From the NCBI GenBank assembly GCA_963789395.1, contig CAWBKP010000019.1, positions 137,245 through 201,244 of the forward strand: DNA of 64,000 nt, given 5' to 3'. Shown here in pieces: positions 55,345 to 64,000 of the stretch (position 1 is the first letter of the stretch; each line of letters begins with the position of its first letter). The notes below the pieces were generated by a model. That model was not told the origin of the DNA and did not search any database. It worked only from the letters and a program-made list of their open reading frames with translations. Both the position numbers and the translations under genes were made by a program. The stretch comes from an uncultured delta proteobacterium (GTDB lineage Bacteria > Desulfobacterota > Desulfobacteria > Desulfobacterales > Desulfatirhabdiaceae).

Positions 55345-58300
55345 ATGAAATACGTAAATTTCCTGAGGTCGTCTATTCGGTTTTGCAGTAAATGGATTGA
55401 TTCTATCCTGTTCTCAAGTGTTTATTTCGGACGGAGCCCGGCTACCGTCCCGGATGGATCCGTCATATTTTTCCCCTGCCGCGCCTGTTTTTTTTGCTGC
55501 GGCCTTTCCGGCATTGTTTCCTTTAAACCCGACAAGACGGATCAACCGGGGGAGATGCCCGCAAAACACCTGGTTGACGGCATCAGAAACACATTGCTGG
55601 CAGTGGAGGCCGGGGGGTATCCGGCCTGCAAAAAATCGGCGGTGTCCATAACGGAACATTATCTGGGCGGCGACCCGACGGTTCTGTCGCTGCTCAGACA
55701 GGCCCATTCGCTGAAAAGAATCCACGCATTTTACAGCATTTATGCCGAACCCGGTCTGCAGCAGACTCTTTTTGATATTTCAGAGCGCCTTTTTGCCCTG
55801 ATCCAGTCCGAATCGGGAGCGCTCGGCCTGGACATGGGTCAGCCTTTCAGCCGATGACATAGAAGTGATGATTCGTCGGGTGGAAATTGTCAAAGATGTG
55901 TGTTGGTGCCTGAAATCCGAGGTTCTGGAAAACGTGTCCCGGATTCAGGCGCTGATTCGTCCGGACACCCCGTCTTCATTTGACGTGTTCAGCGTGTTTA
56001 AAAAAATCAATGGCGTACTGAACAGCATTGATCGTCTGGAAGTCCGGGGCCGGGATTCCGCCGGGATATCCCAGGTGTTTATGCTGGAAGGCCCGGAATA
56101 TGAGCAATTTCAGCGTGCAGTTGAGGTGCGGGGGTTATCCGCCGAGCTGTCCACCCGGACCAACCGGGAAATCCTTTTAAACCGGGGGATCAGCCTGCGC
56201 GAGTCCCGTCAGGAAGGTGGCGCGGTTCGCGTTTCGGTGGCCTTTACCTACAAGGTGGCTGCGGAAATCGGCCGGTTGGGGGATAATATCGCGTTTATCC
56301 GCCGGCAGATCCGTGAAGATGAGCTCCTTCATCTCATTGCGGCGATTCCCTGCCGCTCCCTGATGGTGTTTGCCCATACCCGGTGGGCTTCGGTCGGCGC
56401 CATATCGCCGGCCAACTGTCATCCCGTGGACAACCGGACATCTGACAATCAGCTTTGACGACATCGGCGTCATTCAGGCCTCTTTGAACGGGGATATCGA
56501 CAATTACCAGGAGCTGAAGGCGGTCTTTGAACAGGAAGGGGTTTACATTCCCGCCGATATTACCACGGATACCAAGATCATCCCGCTTCAGATCCATAAA
56601 TTTGTAAAAAGCGGCATGAAGATAGAAGATGCATTCCGTCAGGCCGTAAACACGTTCAAGGGATCTCACGCCATTTTCATGACAACGGATCTGGCTCCCG
56701 GAAAACTTTTTATGGCCCAGAAAGGCAGCGGCCAGACCATTTTTGTGGGACTGGCCGAAGAGCACTACATGCCGGTATCAGAGGTGTACGGTTTTGTGGA
56801 GGATACCCAGCGATTCGTGAAGATGGACGGGGAAAAGGTCGCAGACGGGCCAGAGGGAAGAACCCAGGGCCAGATTTTTATTCTGGATCAGGATTCGGGC
56901 GGAACCGTATCCGAAATAAAAGCCATGTATTATAACGGTGTGCCCATATCCCTTGGGGAATCCGATGTCAAAACCACCCAGATCACTTCCCGGGATATTG
57001 ACCGCCAGAATTTCCCCCATTATTTTTTAAAGGAGATCTCAGAGGCCCCGGCATCCGTTGAAAAAACCCTGGTGAATCGATGGCGGGTCCATCCGGATAC
57101 CGGCCTGCCGTCTGTTGTGCTGAGCGATACCGTCATTCCGCCGGAAATCCGGCAGGCGTTTGCTCAAAAGACCCTCCGACGGATCTTTTTTATCGGCCAG
57201 GGCACTGCCGGTATTGCGGCCCAGGCCTGCGCGGATATTTTAAATTATTATCTGGATGATCCCGGCATTCAGATATCGGCCATGAAAGCCTCCGAACTGA
57301 GCGGATTCAAGCTGTCCAGTCCGGGAGCCTCCGAGAACATGCGCGATGTCCTGGTGATCGCCATTACCCAGTCCGGAACCACCGCAGACACCAACCGCAC
57401 CGTGGACATGGTCCGGGAAAGGGGCGCCAGTACCCTTGCCATCGTGAACCGGCGGGATTCGGACATTACCTTCAAGGTTCAGGGGGTGATGTATACCAGC
57501 AGCGGCCGCGACATCGAGATGTCGGTGGCGTCCACCAAGGCATTCTATTCCCAGATCGTTGCCGGTGCGCTGATGGGACTGTTTCTGGCCGGACTTCAGG
57601 GAAGGCGGACGCCCGAGTTTATCGCCGAAGAACTCCATCTTCTGCTAAAGACTTCCGCAGCAGATGCGCCACATTCTCTCCCTTCAGCAAGGGATCCGCG
57701 AATCGGCCAGAAGGCTGGCCCAGACGCGAACCTACTGGGCGGTGGTCGGCAGCGGCCCCAACAAGTCCTCGGCGGATGAAATCCGGATCAAGCTCAGCGA
57801 ACTCTGCTATAAAACCATATCCTCTGATTATGTCGAGGACAAAAAACATATCGATCTGTCTTCGGAGCCGCTCATCATCGTCTGCGCAGCCGGAACACGC
57901 GGGGTTGTCATCGGGGATATCATCAAGGACACGGCTATTTTTAAAGCCCACAAGTCCGCCGTGGTGGTCATTGCCGATGAAGGGGAGGACCGGTTTTCGC
58001 CCTACGCGGATGACGTGTTTCATGTGCCGGCCGTTCCCCAGCATCTGTCGCCGATCGTCAACACCCTGGTCGGTCATATCTGGGGATATTATGCGGCGCT
58101 GGCGATCAATGAAGGTTCAAAGCTTTTATACGATTTCCGCGAAGAAATTCAGCAGACGGTCGATCGGTATATTCAAGACGGCATGGATGTGTATGAGCTG
58201 GTTCTGGAAAGGCCGTTCCGTGAAAAGGTTGCCGAATTCTATTATCTGTTAAAGAAGAACAATGAGACAAAAGGTCTTTGCGCCACGATGGGCTATCAGG

Positions 58301-59097
58301 CCGGCGCGGATCTGTCCATATTGCTCAAGTATCTGGCCGGAAGGCTTCCGGACTCGGATTTTGAGCTTGATTTCGGGAAAAAAGGGACGGCCCAGCATAT
58401 GCTGAGCACCCTGTTTCATTCTCTGGGAGAAGGCATCAACTATATGGCCAGACCCATTGACGCCATCAAACACCAGGCCAAAACCGTCACCGTCGGCACC
58501 AGCCGGATCATGGAGAAAATCGAAGGCGTTATCTTTGACTTTCTGGCCGAGAGCGGATTTGTGATTGCGCAATTGACCAGCAGCAACATCCTGGTCTTAA
58601 AGAACCTTCAAGGCATTGTCTCGAAAATCAACGGCGCGATTATTTACCGCATCGACGGACTGAATGTTCTGGGCGAAATCACCGATCAGACCGCGATCTC
58701 GATCAAACAGAAAACCGGCTCCCTTGCCCCCTTGACGTCACGGGTTGAAACCGATTCGCGGCTCCGGGGCACCAAAAGCATCATTGTCCGGGAAGGAAAT
58801 GTATTTATCGGCAGGGGCCGAAATGACGACCGAAATATCATCATCATCCCCATTTTCTCGGCTACTTCCGCTACCAGCATCAGCAATCTGATGCTGCTTC
58901 ATATCGCCTTTAAAGATCAGACGCCGTTGCCGGTGAAAATCAAGGCACTTGGCGGAAAGCACGAACGGATCAAGAACATTGTTCAGGAAACCAGCGCCCC
59001 GTGGGATGACGCCTATCTGGAATGGGTCCCCATGGAAGATCTTTTCGGCCAGTCTGCTGAAAAAACGGCGGAATTTATTATTTCCAAGATTCACTGA
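55345..59097 (+). CDS. glmS: Very long GlmS-like amidotransferase/isomerase (~1250 aa); three frameshifts (~55843, ~56450, ~57648)
   Basis: Motifs in GlmS order across four ORFs: CGLSG, LEVRGRDSAG, AHTRWA, NCHP, NGDIDNY, FLKEI.E.P, TQSG.T, SVASTKAF, E..IKL.E, KH, AKTVTV. Confidence 0.8.
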
Positions 59098-59145
59098 TGC
59101 CGGGGCGAAAAGCCGGGAATTCCATTATAACTGAAAGCAGACTGC

Positions 59146-59200
59146 GCCGCCGGGCAAGATGACTCGAATCATCTTGCCCGGCGGCTTTTTTATTTTTTTC
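59146..59200 (+). terminator. Rho-independent terminator
   Basis: 17-bp stem GCCGCCGGGCAAGATGA / TCATCTTGCCCGGCGGC, 6-nt loop, followed by a long T tract. Confidence 0.92.
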
Positions 59201-59297
59201 TTGACATCCCGGAACAACATAACTACATCATAGCTATAATGTGATCATAAAATACCGCCGACCGAACCAAAGAATTATAAGAGATCAGGAGGGCACT

Positions 59298-60083
59298 GTG
59301 AAAATTCTTACAACCGTAAAAAAAGTAGTCGATGTGGAATTGAACATGCATGTGAAGGATGGGGCCATTGCAGAAGAAGGGCTCCAGTATGTCATGAATG
59401 CCTGGGATGAAAATGCGGTGGAAGCCTCGATTCAGCTCAAGGAAAAAAACAACGCGGAAACAACGCTGGTCAGTATCGGCGGAGGGGAAGACACAACCAA
59501 GATCATCCGCAGGGCCTTTGCCATGGGGATTAAAAACGCCATTCAAATCGATGATCCGGCACTGGTCGATGCGGATTCGTTTGTCTATGCCAGAGTGCTG
59601 CAAAAGGTTTACGAAAAGGAAAACTACGATCTGATTATTACCGGCAAACAGGCCCAGGATACGGATAACGGCCAGACCGGCATCATATTGGCCGAGTATC
59701 TGGGGCTGCCTTGCGTCAGCAATGTGATCGCCATCGAAGTGATGGACGAGCAGCACATTAAGGTATCCCGGCTGGGCGATAGCGGAACTGAAATCGTTGA
59801 ACTGGCGCTTCCGGCCGTTGTTACGGTGGATGTGGCCATCAATGTGCCGCGGCTGCCCCAGACGCGCGGCATCATGATGGCAAAGAAAATGCCCATCGCA
59901 GTCATGGATCTGGCGGCGCTCGGAACTTCCCATGCTGAAGTCGGGGGCGCTTCTCCGAAATCGAAAATCGTTGAATTCATCGCGCCGGAAGTGCGAAAGA
60001 CCGGTCGAAAATTTGAGGGGCCTGCGGCTGAAATCACCGCCCAAGTCGTCGGTCTTCTGGTCAGTGAAGCAAAGGTGTTTTAA
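59298..60083 (+). CDS. etfB: Electron transfer flavoprotein beta subunit
   Basis: KIL..VK.V.D, MN.WDE.AVE, A.AMG, GKQA.D.D.GQ, N.PRLP; GTG start after GGAGG. Confidence 0.93.
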   Translation: MKILTTVKKVVDVELNMHVKDGAIAEEGLQYVMNAWDENAVEASIQLKEKNNAETTLVSIGGGEDTTKIIRRAFAMGIKNAIQIDDPALVDADSFVYARVLQKVYEKENYDLIITGKQAQDTDNGQTGIILAEYLGLPCVSNVIAIEVMDEQHIKVSRLGDSGTEIVELALPAVVTVDVAINVPRLPQTRGIMMAKKMPIAVMDLAALGTSHAEVGGASPKSKIVEFIAPEVRKTGRKFEGPAAEITAQVVGLLVSEAKVF

Positions 60084-60149
60084 CGTATTCAACATATCAT
60101 TTTCGATCATGACTGGACATTAACCGCATTTATATGAGGAAACACTATC

Positions 60150-61110
60150 ATGGCAAAAGTACTCGTCATTGCAGACATCAAGCAGGGTGTATTAAAGGGC
60201 AGCACAGCCCAACTCCTATCAAAAGCCAAAGCCATCGGCGCGGAAACCGCGGTGGTGGCGATCGGCAGTAAAATCGAATCGCTGATTCCCGGCTCTGGTA
60301 AACGCCGGTTCCGACACACAATATATTGCAGATGACCCGGGTCTGGAGCTGTTTTCAGCCGGCCCCTTCGCATCCTGCGTGGTGGATGCCGCCAGGCAAT
60401 TCGGTGCCAACCTGATCTGGTTCGGTTTTTCCGAAAGCGGCAAAGCCGTGGCCCCGCGGGTTGCAGCGCAGCTGGATGCCGCGTGCGCTACCGATATTGT
60501 CGATCTGATGCTTTCTGGAGATCAAATCGAAATCATCCGGCCGGCCATCACCAATAAGGTGCTGCAACGTGTCAAAATCAATGCCGGCCAGCTGGTGGCG
60601 GTTGTCAGGGCGGGTGCATTCGAGGCGGCGGAAGGCATCACGGGAACCGAAAACGTCATCAAACTGTCTCCGCCGGCGCAGGATTTAAAGGCCGTGATTC
60701 GGCAATTACTGTCTGAAGCAGGTGGTGAAATCGATCTTGCCGATGCCAACGTCGTCGTCTCGGTTGGCCGGGGCGCCAAGGATCAGGCCGGAATCGATCT
60801 TGTGAAAGAACTGGCCAATGATTTGAATGCCGGTTTCGGCTCCACCCGCGCGATGGTGGATGCGGGGTTTATCCCCCATTACAAGCAGGTCGGTCAGACC
60901 GGTAAAATTGTTGCGCCCACCCTGTATATGGCAATCGGCATCTCCGGCGCCATCCAGCATCTTGCGGGAATGAAGGGCTCAAAAGTGATCCTGGCCGTTA
61001 ACAAAGACCCCGAAGCGCCCATTTTCAACGTGGCTGACTATGGCATCGTCGGTGACCTTTTTGAGGTGGTTCCGATTCTCCGCGAAGAGCTCAAAAAAAT
61101 CAGAGCGTAG
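60150..61110 (+). CDS. etfA: Electron transfer flavoprotein alpha subunit; frameshift near 60290
   Basis: N-terminal ORF 60150..60335 plus ORF with VVS.GRG, STRA.VDAG, QVGQTGK.VAP.LY.A.GISGA.QH, NKD.EAPIF. Confidence 0.93.
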
Positions 61111-61135
61111 ACTGCCAATAAATGATGAGGTAATC

Positions 61136-63244
61136 ATGAATCCCCTGCTGATGTTTCTTCTTCTCGCTTCCGGTCTGGCTCTTTTCGGCCGGACGATGGT
61201 ACGAAAAATTCAATTGCTACGGGCGCTTGAACCCACCGATAGAGCCGATCACCTGAAGCAGCGACTGATGAACATGGCCATTCTGGCAATCGGTCAGAAA
61301 CGCCTGGTCGGAAGAGAGAAGGAAAGAAGTTCGGGCCTGATGCATGCGCTCATTTTCTGGGGATTCTGCGTCTTGTTGATCCGAAGCATAACCTTGTATG
61401 GAGAGGGCTTTCAGGAAGGATTTCAGCTTCCTTATCTGGGCGGCGACCATTTGGTCGGGTATCTTTATATCGCCCTGAAAGATATCATGGAAGGGATTGT
61501 GCTGGTGATGGTCCTCTGGGCGATATTCCGCCGCGCCGTCTTAAAGCCGAAACGCATGCACAATACCTTCGAAGCCTATCTGGTTTTGGCGCTGATCGGG
61601 ATTTTGATGGTGTCCGATCTGCTGCTCGACGGCGCGCGGTACAATTTGGTTCATGTATTCAACAACCCGGGAAATATCCATTACTTCAACAATCCGCAGT
61701 ATGGCTCTGAATTTATCTGGACTCCGATATCGACAGGCGCGGCCACCTTAATCTCGGGATTGAGCGCGGAAGCCACCGCCACCATCCTGGTCATGATGTT
61801 CTGGCTACATATCTGTACGCAGCTGACATTTTTAAATATTCTGCCCCTGGGTAAACATTTCCATGTAATCACCGCGCTTCCCAACGTTTTTCTGAAAAGC
61901 CTGGGCTATCCCCATGAAAAAGCCAAGTTGCTGGATCTGGAAGACGAAGCTGCCTGGGAGGAGGAATCCCTGGGAATCAACCATATCCATCAACTCAACT
62001 GGAAACAGGGCCTTGACCTGTATACCTGCACCGAATGCGGACGCTGCAAGGAAGTCTGTCCGACATATACCACGGACAAACCGCTGAACCTGCATGAATT
62101 CAATGACAAACTAAAGATGGAACTCCTTGAAAACACGGATCGTATTATCCAAAGAGCCAATCTGTCATCGGCAATCCGGCAAAGCGAAGATCCCGGGCGA
62201 ATTGAAAAAGTCAAGGAAGAGATTGCAGCACTCAACAGCAAAAAACGATTAATCGGCGATGTCATCGCGGAAGACACGCTCTGGGCATGTACGACCTGCC
62301 GTGCCTGCGAAGAAGTCTGCCCGGTGACCATTGAACATGTGCCCCGGATCATCGCCATGCGGCAGGGGCAAACCTTGATTTCGGAAGCATACCCCAAGGA
62401 GTTGGACACGGCCCTCAAAGGGCTTGAATATAACGGCAACCCCTGGGGGATCGGTTATGATAAACGCGCCGATTGGGCCGAAGGGCTGGGCATCAAAACC
62501 ATGGCGGACGATCCGGACGTCGAGTATCTCTTCTGGGTCGGATGCGCCGGTTCATTCGATGACCGGTCCAAGAAAGTGTCGACGAGCTTTGCGAAAATTC
62601 TGCAAAAGGCGGGCGTCAGCTTCGCGATTCTGGGCGCGGAAGAAAAATGTACCGGCGACTTTGCCAGAAAAGTCGGCAGTGAAATGTTGTTCCAGATGAT
62701 GGCCCAGGAAAATATCGAAACCCTGAACAACTACAACGTCAAAAAAATAATCACGGCCTGCCCGCACTGCCTGAATACGCTCAAACACGACTATCCGCAA
62801 CTGGGAGGAAATTACGCGGTCATTCATCATGCCGAGTTCATCGATCGACTCGTCAAAGAAGGGAAAATCAAACTGAACCAGTCGTGGCCGGGAGCTGTGA
62901 CGTATCATGATCCCTGTTACCTGGGACGATACAACAACATATACGATGAGCCCAGATCGGTTCTGCGATCCGTTTCCAAAGGCGTCATCAAGGAACTCGG
63001 ACGGCATGGCAGGGAAAGCTTTTGCTGCGGCGCCGGCGGGGGAAGAATGTGGATGGAGGAGAAAATCGGCAAACGGATCAATGTCGAACGTTCGGAAGAA
63101 ATCGTCGGTCTGAAAGTTTCGAGCGTTGCGGTCGGCTGCCCCTTCTGCCTGACCATGATCGAAGACGGGATGAAAGAGCTTGGCCAGGAAGAAAAGATCA
63201 AGACAGTGGATATTGCAGAACTTGTTGAAAAAAATATGGTTTAA
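61136..63244 (+). CDS. Membrane-bound FeS oxidoreductase (TM domain, two 4Fe-4S motifs, two CCG domains), ETF:quinone oxidoreductase-type
   Basis: TM region with H..IFWGF and [50 protein letters not shown]. Confidence 0.88.
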   Translation: MNPLLMFLLLASGLALFGRTMVRKIQLLRALEPTDRADHLKQRLMNMAILAIGQKRLVGREKERSSGLMHALIFWGFCVLLIRSITLYGEGFQEGFQLPYLGGDHLVGYLYIALKDIMEGIVLVMVLWAIFRRAVLKPKRMHNTFEAYLVLALIGILMVSDLLLDGARYNLVHVFNNPGNIHYFNNPQYGSEFIWTPISTGAATLISGLSAEATATILVMMFWLHICTQLTFLNILPLGKHFHVITALPNVFLKSLGYPHEKAKLLDLEDEAAWEEESLGINHIHQLNWKQGLDLYTCTECGRCKEVCPTYTTDKPLNLHEFNDKLKMELLENTDRIIQRANLSSAIRQSEDPGRIEKVKEEIAALNSKKRLIGDVIAEDTLWACTTCRACEEVCPVTIEHVPRIIAMRQGQTLISEAYPKELDTALKGLEYNGNPWGIGYDKRADWAEGLGIKTMADDPDVEYLFWVGCAGSFDDRSKKVSTSFAKILQKAGVSFAILGAEEKCTGDFARKVGSEMLFQMMAQENIETLNNYNVKKIITACPHCLNTLKHDYPQLGGNYAVIHHAEFIDRLVKEGKIKLNQSWPGAVTYHDPCYLGRYNNIYDEPRSVLRSVSKGVIKELGRHGRESFCCGAGGGRMWMEEKIGKRINVERSEEIVGLKVSSVAVGCPFCLTMIEDGMKELGQEEKIKTVDIAELVEKNMV

Positions 63245-63261
63245 AACGAAAAGATCCCCGA

Positions 63262-64000
63262 ATGGTTAGTTATCGCGTTATCCGTTGTGAAAAAGGGCTC
63301 TGCCGGGACAGCGATCATGAGCTGATTCAGGAAGAGCCCCTTTTAATCCGTGTCGAGGGAAACCCCTATTCCGTTGTGATGCGGACTCCGGGTGATGAAA
63401 TCCCCCATGCAGCGGGGTTTTGCCTTGGGGAAGGCCTTGTGGATACCTTCAGTGATCTTGCGACCATCGGCTTTTGCAGGGATCTTGACCCGAATGTCGT
63501 GGAAGTCAGGCTCAAACCCGAAAGACGGGAAAAAGTCCGGGATATTCTTAATCGAAGAGGTTTTATCAGCCAGACGAGCTGTGGCATTTGCGGCAAAGAA
63601 ATGATCAAGGACCTGTATCAGATTCTGATCCCGGCGGAAGACAATTTCCAGATCGACATGGACAAGATTTTTACCTGTATTGACAAGCTGGTGGAAAATC
63701 AAATCCATTACACCCGCACGCGAAGTTCCCATGCCGCCATGATTCTGGATTCGCAGCTTAACCAATTGTCTTTTGCCGAAGACGTCGGCCGGCATAATGC
63801 CCTGGACAAGGCAATCGGAAAGCTTGTACTGGGCGGCAATCTTAAAGATGCCGCAGTGGCGGTTCTGTCTTCGCGGATCAGCTACGAACTGGTGCAAAAG
63901 GCGGCCAGGGCCCGCCTGCCTATGATTGTGGCCATGTCCCGTCCCACGGCCCTTGCCGTTGAAATGGGCCAATCCCTGAATATGACCCTGGTCTGTGCAA
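63262..64000 (+). CDS. fdhD: Formate dehydrogenase accessory sulfurtransferase (3' end outside window; absent from the ORF track)
   Basis: My translation from ATG 63262 gives EEPL.I, MRTPG.E, GFCLGEG, TSCGICG, HAA, EDVGRHNALDK.IG, SSRISYELVQKA, S.PT.LA. Confidence 0.93.
   Translation, partial: MVSYRVIRCEKGLCRDSDHELIQEEPLLIRVEGNPYSVVMRTPGDEIPHAAGFCLGEGLVDTFSDLATIGFCRDLDPNVVEVRLKPERREKVRDILNRRGFISQTSCGICGKEMIKDLYQILIPAEDNFQIDMDKIFTCIDKLVENQIHYTRTRSSHAAMILDSQLNQLSFAEDVGRHNALDKAIGKLVLGGNLKDAAVAVLSSRISYELVQKAARARLPMIVAMSRPTALAVEMGQSLNMTLVCA

Noticed and set aside
55840..56460. TGA codons in the GlmS-like gene as selenocysteine or readthrough
   Set aside because: Homology continues in a different frame, so these are frameshifts rather than in-frame TGAs.

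Overview
Core-genome window of a motile deltaproteobacterium, most likely Desulfobacterota/Desulfobacterales (inferred from gene content and protein style, not from a database search). Left to right: a flagellar/chemotaxis block (motAB, flgL, cheD, cheW, sigma28-driven MCP); a PAS hybrid kinase with a sigma54 activator; a sigma54-promoter unit ending in a lytic transglycosylase; PBP1A; hisIG; sdh/frdCAB; larE; gspGHIJ; a queG-like gene; a TIR-domain gene; fau, serS, thrC; LysM and TPR genes; argJ; a pseudouridine synthase; a cysteine synthase-CysRS fusion; tmk, yhaM, surE; lptD; a GDP-heptose cluster with a NusG paralog; ihf, holB, ricT, metG; a PBP; kdnAB; a giant GlmS-like gene; etfBA with a membrane FeS oxidoreductase; and fdhD (partial). 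I found no tRNA, rRNA, CRISPR array or transposase. About 15 small indels split genes, including essential ones, and are most likely assembly errors. Best novelty candidates: (1) the cysteine synthase-CysRS fusion, whose CysRS half keeps the Zn/cysteine site but has degenerate ATP-binding motifs; (2) a stand-alone TIR + beta-barrel protein; (3) a ~1250-aa GlmS-like enzyme with an internal catalytic Cys; (4) a CheD lacking both catalytic residues.
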